Source: Candidatus Kapaibacterium sp.
GTDB lineage: Bacteria > Bacteroidota > Ignavibacteria > Kapaibacteriales > UBA2268
Direction of reading: 5' to 3'
Length of the DNA: 64,000 nucleotides
Assembly (NCBI GenBank): GCA_963665665.1
Contig: OY762428.1
Location: forward strand, 2,304,001 to 2,368,000
Part shown: one piece after another, positions 29,314-41,172 of the stretch
Layout of the letters: each line of letters opens with the position of its first letter
Numbering within the stretch: position 1 is the stretch's first letter
Notes under the pieces: generated by a model
Told to the model about the DNA's origin: nothing
Databases searched by the model: none
What the model saw: the letters and a program-made list of their open reading frames with translations, nothing else
Translations under genes and position numbers: made by a program

Positions 29314-29622
29314 ATGATTCAAGAGATATACGAATATCCGGAGAGATATATGAAATATATTGACATATTAACTGACGCGATGGAGCATTTCACTACAATA
29401 CCCCGGGAAAATATTAAGAAATATATTTATAAATTCAGTTCTGGTGAAGAATCCGAGGTTAAACTCCTTAAAACCGTTATGGAAATTGAATTCCCGCGTC
29501 CGGAAGGCGAGGTATTGCTTGAAGACCTTAAAAGCAAGAATTTTGCAGATACCATTGAATTCCTGAAAACATCACTGATGGTTTACCGGCAGGAAGTTAT
29601 CAGGCAATCGCTTGTAAATTAG
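29314..29622 (+). CDS. Hypothetical helical protein
   Basis: Protein-like composition, divergent from ipdC, followed by a hairpin; no family recognised. Confidence 0.55.
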   Translation: MIQEIYEYPERYMKYIDILTDAMEHFTTIPRENIKKYIYKFSSGEESEVKLLKTVMEIEFPRPEGEVLLEDLKSKNFADTIEFLKTSLMVYRQEVIRQSLVN

Positions 29623-29735
29623 TATGTTAAGAACCCCCGGAAATGAATCCCAAAGAATAGATATTTTATCCGGGGTTCGAATCAATTACACTCCTGCTTC
29701 ACTGCCAACGGAATTTTGATTAAAGTTAAAACAAA

Positions 29736-29760
29736 AAGGCAGGCTGAAAAGCCTGCCTTT
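29736..29760 (-). terminator. Terminator after atpC
   Basis: aaaggcaggct-gaaa-agcctgccttt. Confidence 0.75.
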
Positions 29761-29780
29761 GATAAAAAAATCAATCTGTA

Positions 29781-30185
29781 TTAAACCTTATCGGCAGCCC
29801 TGATTAAATTTTCGGAAATCCTGATCTTTCTTTTCAGTGTTTCTTTGTCTGCCGTACTTTCTGCCTCGGACAATTGATTTTTAAGATTGCTGATTTCAGT
29901 TTCAACTTCCGTTTTGTTGATGTTTGCAGCATCTTCAGCAGTTTCAACGAGAACAGATATTTTATTATCATGTACCTCGGCAAAACCATCGCTTACGGCA
30001 AACCATTTGGTAGCACCTGAATCATCAACCTTTATCAGCCCGAGATCAAGAGAAGAAACTATCGGGGCATGATTCCATAATATCTGGAACGGAGACTTTG
30101 TTCCCGGTACGGAAACAGCTTCCGCATTGCCCGAAAATATTATCTTCTGTGGCGTAACAATCTCGATGGTTAATTTATTATCCAT
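29781..30185 (-). CDS. atpC: ATP synthase F1 epsilon subunit
   Basis: LTIEIVTP, ILWNHAPIVSSL, GFAEV; downstream of atpD. Confidence 0.95.
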   Translation of the reverse strand: MDNKLTIEIVTPQKIIFSGNAEAVSVPGTKSPFQILWNHAPIVSSLDLGLIKVDDSGATKWFAVSDGFAEVHDNKISVLVETAEDAANINKTEVETEISNLKNQLSEAESTADKETLKRKIRISENLIRAADKV

Positions 30186-30242
30186 AGCAGTCACTATTTA
30201 TTAATAATGATGGCAGCCGTGTGGCTGCCTTATATTATATTA

Positions 30243-31661
<1,419 letters not shown>

Positions 31662-31981
31662 TTAGATAAACTATTGTTTTTGTAGAATTTATGTGATTTT
31701 TTCTTCATAGGTTACTCGTGAAAATACGTATAACTGCCACAAAGTTAGTGAAATCTTTTATTAAAATCAAAGTAAAGAAATCATAAAATTCATTTCATTT
31801 CATTTAGTGTAACAAAAATGTTGCAGGCTGTATAAAAGTATATGTAGCCTGTTGAGTTTTCAAAGTTGGTTTTTATGCCAGGAAATATAATAATTGAATT
31901 AATTATCATATTTAATGACAATAATTTAGAAAAAAAATAATTAAGAAATGTCTTCTTCTTTATAAAAAATATTATTAGATT

Positions 31982-32599
31982 GTGAAAACCTTTTTCGAAA
32001 ATAATCGCGGAAAGGAGAAAGCCTTCAGTTTTTATGAAAAATCAGTTAAAGATCATCACCATGCTGTATGCCAGGGGCTGAGTCCCGCCGGCAATCTGAA
32101 CGGAAGGGTTCTGATTCTTAACCAGAGTTACGAACCTATCAGCATTTGCTCGGTAAAAAAGGCACTCGTTATGGTTTTCCTCAGGAAGGCCGATATTATT
32201 GCCGAAAGGAAGGGCAGAATGGTGAGAACTTCGTCAAGCAGTTTTCCATTTCCGGGAGTTATCCGCCTGCAAAGGTATATTCGTATGCCTTACCGCAAAG
32301 TGGAGCTTTCCAGGCGCAATATAATGCGCAGGGACGGGAATAAATGCCAGTACTGCGGGCGCGGCGGGGTTTATCTTACTATAGACCACGTGCTGCCAAA
32401 ATCCAGGGGCGGTAAAGATTCATGGGAAAATCTTGTAGCCGCGTGTATTCGCTGTAATTCAAAAAAAGGGAACAGGACACCGGAAGAGGCAAATATGCCA
32501 CTGCTGAACAAACCATACAGGCCAAACCACCTGCTGTTCCTGAAGTTATTCATGGATAAAGTCGAAGATTGCTGGAAGCCGTTTCTATTCTTCGATTAG
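31982..32599 (+). CDS. HNH endonuclease (HNH_5 type)
   Basis: VLILNQSYEP, RDGNKCQYCG, TIDHVLPKSRGG, WENLVAACIRCNSKKG. Confidence 0.93.
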   Translation: MKTFFENNRGKEKAFSFYEKSVKDHHHAVCQGLSPAGNLNGRVLILNQSYEPISICSVKKALVMVFLRKADIIAERKGRMVRTSSSSFPFPGVIRLQRYIRMPYRKVELSRRNIMRRDGNKCQYCGRGGVYLTIDHVLPKSRGGKDSWENLVAACIRCNSKKGNRTPEEANMPLLNKPYRPNHLLFLKLFMDKVEDCWKPFLFFD

Positions 32600-32719
32600 T
32601 TCCGGATCTTACCAATCCCGGTAAGATATATATCTCTTTTTTTTCACCCGCATCTATTCTGTTTTGATGCAGGCAGAGGGCTAACCCGCCTTGGTTAATT
32701 TAAAATTCAATAGAATAAT

Positions 32720-33590
32720 TATTTCGCCTTCCCAAGTTGTAATTGGGAAATATAATTTCCTGCGAAGTTCAGCTTTGGAATTATTAAACCCAGGCTCTTT
32801 CGGTTATCATATCCGACAGCGGCGTAGCCGCGACATTTTTGTAGAAAGGCGAATCCGGAAAGGACAACAGCCCCGTCGGGGCGACATAGACAAAAGCTTG
32901 TGTCGCTCCTACGGAGCTTTGAATAATCGTTATACAAATATTTGCTACAAAAATTCCGCTCCTACGGAGCTTTTTTATATAATTTCGATGCTCTTTCGAA
33001 TATCTTATCCGAAAGCAATAAGGATTGGGAAATCCTTTCCCTTTTTTTTGTTGGGATAGGGATATCCCGACCAGCCGTTTAAGATAATGTGTGAAGAATG
33101 GATTCTTCGCTGGAGCTCAGAATGACATCCAGCCTTAGCATCGTTAAATTCAATAGCCACGTGCTTTAGCTCGTGGATAAGGGAGGCTAAAAAAAAGAAT
33201 CCACCCCGTCTCGCTGCGCTCGCCACCCCTCAACGGAGGGAATTTTTAAGAATCCACTCCCGGCCTGTCGGGGGACAGGTAATGTTGTCATTCTGACGGA
33301 GCGAAGCGACGGAAGAATCCATCTTTCTTTGTAGATAGTGTGTGAAGAATGGATTCTTCGCTGGCGCTCAGAATGACATCCCAGCCTTATAATCGTCAAA
33401 TTCAATAGCCACGTGCTTTAGCTCGTGGATAAGGGAGGCTAAGGAAAAGAATCCACCCCGTCTCGCTGCGCTCGCCACCCCTCAACGAGGGGAATTTTCC
33501 GGAAATCCACCCCCGTCTGCTTGTGCAGGCAGGGGCCGGCGGGGAACATGACTCTTCCCATGTTTGCCCAACCATCCGATGGTTAGTAAA
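32720..33590. repeat. Composite REP/MITE-like palindrome cluster with a ~160-bp direct duplication
   Basis: ~33088-33247 is nearly repeated at ~33339-33498. Contains gtcattctga...tcagaatgac, agccacgtgctttagctcgtgg (x2) and cgctcctacggagct (x2). The short overlapping ORFs here look spurious. Confidence 0.85.
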
Positions 33591-33595
33591 ATCTC

Positions 33596-36500
33596 CTACC
33601 TAATCACCAACACCTTTTCAATAAAATGCTGATTGGGTGTTTTCAGGATAACGTAATAAACGCCGTTGGCAAGATTGCTGATATCAGCTTTGAATTTATT
33701 TGCACCGGTGGTTTCGTTGTTTGCTGAAAACATTGTCTGAACCGATTCGCCGAAAGAATTGAATATTGAAAGCTCCGTTTGTCCTTCTTCTATCAATGAT
33801 ATTTCAATATTCAGGCTCTTTTCCGCCGGGTTTGGGGAGATATTTATAATTCCGGCCTCTACATCCGGGTTTATCAGCCTGGCGCCGCCCTCGCGGCAGA
33901 TGCCGAGAAGGGTGAATGTGCCGCTCTGTTTTTCAAATTCGTATTCTATCGGGTTGCCGGAAGGGTCAAGCAGGTTCATTTCCACCACGTCGATTGAAGT
34001 TTCCTCCGTGTTGCCAAGGCAGGCAATTACCGGTATTTCTGATAGTTCTATAGTACTACCGATTTTGCCATTAATTGTAATATAAATGGAATCAACTGTG
34101 CTTTGCCAGTCGATGCTTCCCGATGGAGCCAGCAGTGTTCTTTGGAAGCGGATTGTTGCTTCGTAATCTGTGGCAAGTTTGGCAATGCCCTCGGGTTTTA
34201 CATTTCCGAGCATTAGTTTTAAATTGAACTGGTCTCCGGCGTAGGCAGAATCGTCCGCTGCATAGACAAGGCCGCCTTTGCCTGTACCGAATAGCTGAAC
34301 TATTGCGGGGCTGCCTGCGCCGTCGTACTCGAATCCGAGCTGGCCGGAGGTCCTTCCGCCATATCTCGGCATGAACTGTAAGGACATTTTGTGGTCGCCG
34401 TTCGGGGCAAGGGTAAAAGGCTCGCCTCCGCTGATAATATGGAACTGCTCCATATCCGGCCCAAGCTGGCTGACACCTGTTATATCTATTGTCTGTGCAG
34501 AAATATTTTTTATCAGGACAGTATCTGTAATTGTCTTTTCCTGCGTTAATTCCACTTCGCCAAAATCGAGAATATCACAGGCAAGCTGCAATTTTCTTTC
34601 TTCCCCAATGCCTGTAATATCATATTCCAGTGTTTCAGCCTGTGTAATAATATTCAATTTTGCAGTATGCAGCCCAACCCGGTTTGGTATAAACCTGAAT
34701 TCTGTGGATTGCGCCTTATCAACCTCAATTTCATAAACAGGGAAAGCCGAAACCTGCGCGAAAGCATTTGCATCAGCCCCGGTGAAATATATTGAATCAA
34801 CCCTAACCTTATACGACCCGGTATTCTCTACAAAATCCACGAAAAGGGAATCCTTCATTTCGCCAACAATCTCCCTGCCCATATCTATGCTTCGCGCTTC
34901 TGCGTGTGGGGCGACGATGGAGAAAACGGCGTCGGATGTGTCGGATTGACCTTTTTCTTCTTCAGGTATAAGTTTTACTATCCAGTAGTCACCATACCCT
35001 CCATGATTGCCGGTTACATCTCCATCATTGGACATCGAATATCCAGCAATAATATAGCCTCCGTCATTGGTTAACTGAATTGAATTAGCAGTTTCATATT
35101 CGCTTCCTCCAAGACATTTTTGCCAATCAATATTACCAATTTGATCAAGTTTTACTATCCAACAATCTTGATTTAAATGATAACCGCTTGCATCTCCATC
35201 ATTTCTACCAACAAATCCTGAAATTAGAAACCCGCCATCTTTTGTTTGAACAATATTATTAGCTCTGTCATCACCAGTACTTCCTAAACATCTCTGCCAT
35301 TGAATTTCACCGGATTCATCTAATTTAATAACCCAACAATCTATATAACCTCTTTTTCCGTTCATTTCTTCATTGCTGGCTATTGTATGACCTGAAACAA
35401 TATAGCCGCCATCAAAAGTTTGTTGAATTGAATTTGCTACATCATCCCACTTGCCACCTATACTTTTTTGCCATTGAATATCACCTATAGAGTCAAGTTT
35501 AACTATCCAGCCATCTTTATAACCAAAATATTCGGAAACATCACCATTGTGAGATTCAGTAAACCCAGCTATAATAAATCCACCATCATTTGTTTGTTGA
35601 ATTGAGTTTGCTATGTCCACATCATTGCCACCAAGAACTTTTTCCCATTCGATTTCACCATTGCTTTTCAGTTTAACTATCCAATAATTATATAAAAAAT
35701 ATTTTCTTGAAACATCTCCATCAATAGAATTTGAATATCCAGCAATAACAAATCCTTCATCGTCGGTTTGAACCACAGAAGTTGCATGATCTAGAGCACT
35801 ACCTCCAAGACATTTTTCCCATTCGATTGACCCAAAATTATCTAATTTAAGTATCCAATAATCACCAAAACCTCCATGATAACCATGTAAATCGCCATCA
35901 TCTGAAGCAGAATACCCGGCTACAATATATCCTTTGTCGCGTGTTGGTTGTATCGATTGAGCAACATCGCTACTGCTGCCACCAAAATTGTTCTTCCACT
36001 GAATATGTCCGGTAGGATCTAATTGTAAAATCCAATAATCTTCCAGTCCTTTAGATCCAATAATATCACCATCGTTTGAAGCAGATAATCCGGCTACAAT
36101 ATATCCGTCCTCTTTATTTTGTTGTATTGAATAGGCTACATCCTGATTCCGGCCTCCATAACAATTTTGCCATTCAATTTCGGGACTATTCGAAGGTAGA
36201 GAATTATCTTGAATTGAAACTCTTACCAGGCATTCCTCCGATTCAGGTAATGGAACATAATTCCAATTATAATTCCAACCGGTTGCCGTATCTGTTATCA
36301 CTGACCAAGAAGTACCATTATCAGTACTGAGCTCTATCTTTACTGTATCTGTTTTTGCAATACCCTCCCAGGTAATAATAGTATCGCTTCCAACAATAAA
36401 CTTCTCGCCACCGTTGGGATGAGTGATTTTCAGCGTTTTCTTCTTTGGTAATACTCCGGACCAGCTTCCTCCGGCATATAAATTGGCATTACAAATATCA

Positions 36501-37636
36501 GTTTGGAATTCCATTTTACAGAATGAATAAGCACTGTCCTGAGCTTTGTAACTAATTTGTAAATCTTTACTTTTTCCTTTTTTCAAGGTAAAATTCGAAG
36601 GATAAACATAATAGTTTTGATTGTTGATAATAATGTCATTGATTTTAAAATCAGCATTCTCTGCTGTTACTTTTACAACTTGCCAAACCTTTTCACCCGG
36701 AACAGGATTTTTGAAATAAATATAGGCCGGTTCAAATTCCAGCTTCGCCATTGACATTTCCGGAGGAATATATGATGTTTGAGTACTTATATTATGAGAT
36801 AATAATTCAGCGCCAACATTGATTTTGCTGTATTTACAAAAAAAATAGCTATGCCACTCGATTGTGCATGGATTGCTGCTTTGTGAAATACTCAAAATTT
36901 TAAGATAAATATCTTTTGCATTCTCAATATTATTTACATTTTCAAACCACTTGCTGCCGGTTGATTCTGAAATATTTTTCAAGATTTCCGGACATGACAT
37001 ATTAAGTGTTACGCAATAAATTGAAGCCCCTATTTCGTTTGCTTTTTGGATAATTGCTGCTTCGTTACCTGTAGCGTATCCGTCAGTTAGAAACACAACT
37101 ACTTTTTTGTGCCTCCCATTTTCCGCTGCAATTAAGGCACCGGACATTGGATTTATAAAACCGGCATTGAAATCAGTTCCTCCACCGGCACCCAACGTGC
37201 TTAACTTTTCAAGAAGCCTCGATCTGTTTGTTGTAAAATCCTGAACCATGAAATTTCTTGAATTGAAGGAAGTAATTGCGCATTCTGATTTTCCGAGAGG
37301 CAGCCCGTTTATCCATGCTCTTCCGGCTTCCTTTGCCATATTTAGGTTGCTCCCGGACATAGAGCCGGAAACGTCAATTGTCAGTACGCTTGAAATTGCA
37401 ACAGGTTCTTTCGGTTCCGGGCAGGAAACACTAATCACATCCCTTTGCTCTCCATCCTCGGTTATTTCAAAATCGGATGGGGATAGATTTGTGATCTGAT
37501 CTCCGTTTTCATCAAAGGCAAAGAATTTAGCCCGCATAATAGGAAAGTTTGTTGTATCAATATCAAATACAGAAAGATCTTGTGCCTGCGCTGCAAGTGG
37601 CAGCAGTAGTAATAGGGTAAGGATAGCTTTTTTCAT
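33596..37636 (-). CDS. Secreted VWA-domain protein with Ig-like domains, beta-propeller repeats and T9SS CTD
   Basis: Signal peptide MKKAIL; MIDAS DVSGSM and LTDG; about seven WxKxxGG...SIQQTxDGGYIVAG repeats; CTD SPNPA...LANGVYYV. Confidence 0.88.
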   Translation of the reverse strand: MKKAILTLLLLLPLAAQAQDLSVFDIDTTNFPIMRAKFFAFDENGDQITNLSPSDFEITEDGEQRDVISVSCPEPKEPVAISSVLTIDVSGSMSGSNLNMAKEAGRAWINGLPLGKSECAITSFNSRNFMVQDFTTNRSRLLEKLSTLGAGGGTDFNAGFINPMSGALIAAENGRHKKVVVFLTDGYATGNEAAIIQKANEIGASIYCVTLNMSCPEILKNISESTGSKWFENVNNIENAKDIYLKILSISQSSNPCTIEWHSYFFCKYSKINVGAELLSHNISTQTSYIPPEMSMAKLEFEPAYIYFKNPVPGEKVWQVVKVTAENADFKINDIIINNQNYYVYPSNFTLKKGKSKDLQISYKAQDSAYSFCKMEFQTDICNANLYAGGSWSGVLPKKKTLKITHPNGGEKFIVGSDTIITWEGIAKTDTVKIELSTDNGTSWSVITDTATGWNYNWNYVPLPESEECLVRVSIQDNSLPSNSPEIEWQNCYGGRNQDVAYSIQQNKEDGYIVAGLSASNDGDIIGSKGLEDYWILQLDPTGHIQWKNNFGGSSSDVAQSIQPTRDKGYIVAGYSASDDGDLHGYHGGFGDYWILKLDNFGSIEWEKCLGGSALDHATSVVQTDDEGFVIAGYSNSIDGDVSRKYFLYNYWIVKLKSNGEIEWEKVLGGNDVDIANSIQQTNDGGFIIAGFTESHNGDVSEYFGYKDGWIVKLDSIGDIQWQKSIGGKWDDVANSIQQTFDGGYIVSGHTIASNEEMNGKRGYIDCWVIKLDESGEIQWQRCLGSTGDDRANNIVQTKDGGFLISGFVGRNDGDASGYHLNQDCWIVKLDQIGNIDWQKCLGGSEYETANSIQLTNDGGYIIAGYSMSNDGDVTGNHGGYGDYWIVKLIPEEEKGQSDTSDAVFSIVAPHAEARSIDMGREIVGEMKDSLFVDFVENTGSYKVRVDSIYFTGADANAFAQVSAFPVYEIEVDKAQSTEFRFIPNRVGLHTAKLNIITQAETLEYDITGIGEERKLQLACDILDFGEVELTQEKTITDTVLIKNISAQTIDITGVSQLGPDMEQFHIISGGEPFTLAPNGDHKMSLQFMPRYGGRTSGQLGFEYDGAGSPAIVQLFGTGKGGLVYAADDSAYAGDQFNLKLMLGNVKPEGIAKLATDYEATIRFQRTLLAPSGSIDWQSTVDSIYITINGKIGSTIELSEIPVIACLGNTEETSIDVVEMNLLDPSGNPIEYEFEKQSGTFTLLGICREGGARLINPDVEAGIINISPNPAEKSLNIEISLIEEGQTELSIFNSFGESVQTMFSANNETTGANKFKADISNLANGVYYVILKTPNQHFIEKVLVIR

Positions 37637-37854
37637 GTTTTCCTCTGGTTTCCAAATGTTCAGCGCCCCAATGATTGATACAAACCTTAATCTATCTTCG
37701 GACACCCCCAATATTTACAATATTCCAATATCGCAAATTTTAATGAAAAAGGCAAGCTCAATGCCTGCCTTATCACTAATACCTTCCCGAAAAAATGCCA
37801 TTTGGGGGTCAACTTTTTTCATCGTTGCAATGTATAGAACAAGCATGCCTGTTC

Positions 37855-37905
37855 CTGGGTTTACCCCGCATTCCGAAGGTTTGAAACCTTCGGAAGGTGG
37901 GGTAT
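37855..37905. repeat. REP-like palindrome
   Basis: ttccgaaggtt-tga-aaccttcggaa flanked by tacccc/ggggta, just downstream of the 37913 stop. Confidence 0.55.
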
Positions 37906-37912
37906 TATAATT

Positions 37913-40312
37913 TTAATAAACTATTTGCATTTTCCTGATGATTTTTTCGGAAGAAATTATATCAATGATATAAACACCCGGGGTATTTATAGTGAACTCC
38001 GAAATATAATTGTCAATTTTCGTTTTCAGTATCAGCCTGCCGTTGATATCCCTTATTTCAACATCCGAGCCAATTATTCCTTCGTCAATTGTTTCAATTT
38101 TAAAACTTCCGTCTGTTGGATTCGGGAAAATTTTAATATTATCTGTTTCCTGAATATCCCTGACCGAATTAGGGTCGGTAATTTTTACTATGAGTTTTTC
38201 AGACCATTCGCTGGAACCGCAATAATTTGTAGCCCGAACGCTGATCTCTGCATCTCCTTCGAAATCATCACGCCAGTTAATGCTTGCTTTTGCGCCGTCA
38301 GGAGTAATTTCGCCGGCATCAGCAGGTGTAATTCCCCAGATATATTCCTCAACATTTTCAACTTCTACTGTAGTGTATTCCGTATCAGCAGCATTAATTT
38401 TTAGAGAGTCCGGCCCGGCTGGTTTTTCAAGCTGATCGGGTTTCTCGGAAATAAATATGTCGAAAGCCTGGGAATATTCGCTTTCACCACAGTCATTAGA
38501 TGACTTAACTTTCAGGTTAGCAGTACCCGTAAAAGTGGAAGACCATGTTACCATAACAGTATCGCCGTGGCCGGCAACATAACCGGCATCAAACGGGCTG
38601 ATAATCCATATATAGCTGTTTGCTGCCTCTACCGGCTGAATAATATATTCACTGCTGCCATCGCCAATACAAACTTTTTCCGGCCCTGATATATCGCCGG
38701 GTTGCATTGGATTAGAACTTATCCTTACATGATATGCCTCCGACATTGTTTCTCCGCTCTCGTTGTATGCTGTAACGTAAAGATCGGCTTCACCCCTGTA
38801 TGAAGGGCTCCATACGACACTTCCGCTTGTATCGGAATCCGTTGTTTCGGCTGCTTCTTCCGGGTCAACCGACCAGTGGTAACCGGCATCAATATCAAGT
38901 TTTGTGGCAGTGTATATATATAATTGTTCATTCGAAGGATCGCAGATAAGATCATCACCCGAGAGGATTTCCGGAACTCCGGGTTCATCAATAAAATCGT
39001 ATTCGATAACAAAGTAAATTTCGTCGCTCATATCCAGGTCGTTCCATTCTTTAGGATAACCTGTTTTATTACCCTGGGGCCAGATGCTTATCCCCATGGC
39101 AGCGGCATGTTGCTTTTCAAGATAATTATCAGGTTCGTAGTAGGAGCCTTTTTTCTCCATTCCGCCCCAGTTGCAGTACATACCGAATCTTGCCTCGCCA
39201 TTTCCCATTCCGAATTTCCCCTGCCCGTTCCAGAAATTGACGCCATTGCCGTCATTATCTCCGTCCCAGAGCCATTTTCCTTCTTCGTTTTTATCAGTAG
39301 CGCCAATCCAGAGGTATGCTGCGCCACCGCCGTCGAGAACTGCAATATAGTCGTCCGGGACTCCGGCGCCATTGATTATTGCATCATAGATGGCATCGTT
39401 TTCTTCAACACTGCTTATATGTACAAGCCTTCCGCCGCGATCAACTGCGTAGGCAGAAGCTTCTTCCCATGTTTTTTTCAGCTTAACCACCTCGTATCTC
39501 TGATCATTATAAGTAAAATTATGAATATTGGGCGCTTCCATATTCCATTCTTCAAAATGATCGTAAACCACTGCCTGAACAGCTTCTTTAATGATAGCGG
39601 CATCATTGTCGCTGAGTGTAAAATTCCAGTCGATAAGCATCGGGTCATTCTTAAATAATACAGTATAAAATGCAACAGCTGCTGCATAAGAGCCTATTTC
39701 GGATGGATGGCTGTCATCTGCCTGGTATAGTTCAATTACAGGATATTTTTCCCTGATATATCTCCATACTGCACCAACAGGTGATATTATCCCGCCAACA
39801 GTGTCGGCCATCATCCTGTACCTTAAGTTCAGCAGGCTGTCCATTCCCTCGTATGTACAAACCGGTGGCCAATTAGGGCAGTTAGCCGGATCGCCGTTTT
39901 TCCAGCCCCATGTCATGAAGAAAGTGGTTTTTGCATCCGGGTTGGATTGTTTTATAGATTCATCAAGAGTTTTTACAAAAGGAAATACTTCCTGTTCCAC
40001 CTGTGATAACGGAAATGCAGGTTTCTGGCTTTGTTCCTGGAGTACAACAAAGTCCCAGTTGTCGGCATTAAACATATCCAGAGTAGTGTTGTCCGTCGAG
40101 TGCATTTCAAGTGTTGCACCTCCGGGGGCATTAGTCTGGTAAATAAGCATATCGCCGAATGAACCGGCAATATTTGCAATTAGCGCCGGAAGGTCATTAG
40201 TTGCTGTGTAGCTGTTCCCAACGAAGCAGGCACGAACCGTATCCGGCTGCGAGTATACTGTTTCGGAGATTGATATTATTGCAATAATAAAAAGTATAAG
40301 AAATTTTTTCAT
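37913..40312 (-). CDS. Secreted SGNH-like hydrolase with C-type lectin domain, PKD/Ig repeats and T9SS CTD
   Basis: FVGNSYT...VVLQEQS...DDSHPS (SGNH/DUF4886-like); TWEEA...GGRLVHI...LWIGATD...EPD...WND (C-type lectin); three Ig-like repeats; CTD IFPNP. Confidence 0.85.
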   Translation of the reverse strand: MKKFLILFIIAIISISETVYSQPDTVRACFVGNSYTATNDLPALIANIAGSFGDMLIYQTNAPGGATLEMHSTDNTTLDMFNADNWDFVVLQEQSQKPAFPLSQVEQEVFPFVKTLDESIKQSNPDAKTTFFMTWGWKNGDPANCPNWPPVCTYEGMDSLLNLRYRMMADTVGGIISPVGAVWRYIREKYPVIELYQADDSHPSEIGSYAAAVAFYTVLFKNDPMLIDWNFTLSDNDAAIIKEAVQAVVYDHFEEWNMEAPNIHNFTYNDQRYEVVKLKKTWEEASAYAVDRGGRLVHISSVEENDAIYDAIINGAGVPDDYIAVLDGGGAAYLWIGATDKNEEGKWLWDGDNDGNGVNFWNGQGKFGMGNGEARFGMYCNWGGMEKKGSYYEPDNYLEKQHAAAMGISIWPQGNKTGYPKEWNDLDMSDEIYFVIEYDFIDEPGVPEILSGDDLICDPSNEQLYIYTATKLDIDAGYHWSVDPEEAAETTDSDTSGSVVWSPSYRGEADLYVTAYNESGETMSEAYHVRISSNPMQPGDISGPEKVCIGDGSSEYIIQPVEAANSYIWIISPFDAGYVAGHGDTVMVTWSSTFTGTANLKVKSSNDCGESEYSQAFDIFISEKPDQLEKPAGPDSLKINAADTEYTTVEVENVEEYIWGITPADAGEITPDGAKASINWRDDFEGDAEISVRATNYCGSSEWSEKLIVKITDPNSVRDIQETDNIKIFPNPTDGSFKIETIDEGIIGSDVEIRDINGRLILKTKIDNYISEFTINTPGVYIIDIISSEKIIRKMQIVY

Positions 40313-40516
40313 GATCGCCCCGATATTGTTAATATTTTCATCTGCAATTTTAAACAGTAACAATTATAAAATGTTACATGAATTTTCCAAATTTTTATCA
40401 AATTTCGACGATTTTTGTTTAATTATATCACCCTGTTTGATCAATTTTAATTGCAAAATGCATCTATCGTTATTAATTTGTTTCTGAAGACAGAATATAA
40501 AATTGAAAGATTAAAT

Positions 40517-40837
40517 ATGAACTGGATTATACTGTTTGTTGCCGGACTATTTGAAACCGCATGGGCTGTAGGGTTGAAATATTCCGACGGGTTTTCAAAG
40601 CCTTTGCCTTCTGTTATTACAATAGCAGCAATGGCTGTCAGTATCTATCTTCTTTCACTGGCAGTTAAGGATCTGCCTATCGGTACTGCTTATGCCGTAT
40701 GGACGGGTATAGGCGCTGTAGGGACTGTGATAGCAGGTATTTTCTTATTCAAGGAACCGGTGGACTTGCTCAGAATTCTGTTTATTGCCATGATAATAGG
40801 CGGTATCCTCGGCCTTAGGATGACTTATCGCGGGTAG
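40517..40837 (+). CDS. sugE: SMR-family exporter (SugE/Gdx)
   Basis: MNWIILFVAGLFETAWAVGLKYS, LPIGTAYAVWTGIG. Confidence 0.9.
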   Translation: MNWIILFVAGLFETAWAVGLKYSDGFSKPLPSVITIAAMAVSIYLLSLAVKDLPIGTAYAVWTGIGAVGTVIAGIFLFKEPVDLLRILFIAMIIGGILGLRMTYRG

Positions 40838-40914
40838 TTTATTGTATTTTATTATGATTTGATTATATTGTAAAAAAATAATTTTATTGCTTTTATTAAG
40901 GTTAGATTTGAATC

Positions 40915-41172
40915 ATGCAATCAGATAATAATCACGTGCCCTTCATTAAACATTTTGTTGCATTATCTTTTTTAATAATACTTTTGAATTCCTGCTTTGA
41001 TCCTGACGAGGAACACTTTGTGGAAGTTCAGCGGGTGGATGATCCGGGCCTCTTGAAAATTGATATTGAACCTGCCGATGATCCGGTTATGTATGTTAGT
41101 GGTGAAAAGATAACTTTCAATGTCACACCGATGAAATTAATGCAAAATCTAAAAATCTATGCTTTGGATTAG
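40915..41172 (+). pseudogene. Truncated lipoprotein 5' fragment
   Basis: Lipobox LLNSC-FDP, comparable in position to SASC-MYNP of 41760; ends after 85 aa at an apparent deletion junction (~41130). Confidence 0.55.

Noticed and set aside
29630-29710. tRNA suggested by GGTTCGAATC
   Set aside because: The T-stem cannot pair (caatt follows) and there is no cloverleaf; the Gs instead pair with gaaccccc upstream in a terminator-like hairpin.
31982-32599. HNH gene as a defence or mobile nuclease tied to the adjacent repeats
   Set aside because: It matches a widespread stand-alone HNH_5 family, and nothing beyond proximity links it to the repeats.
32691-33405. Short ORFs of 72-122 aa in the repeat cluster
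   Set aside because: They are translations of palindromic repeats on both strands, with no RBS or domain signal.
40365-40516. Guanidine riboswitch upstream of sugE/gdx
   Set aside because: No paired ACGR-loop hairpins or ykkC-type motif are visible in this AT-rich leader.
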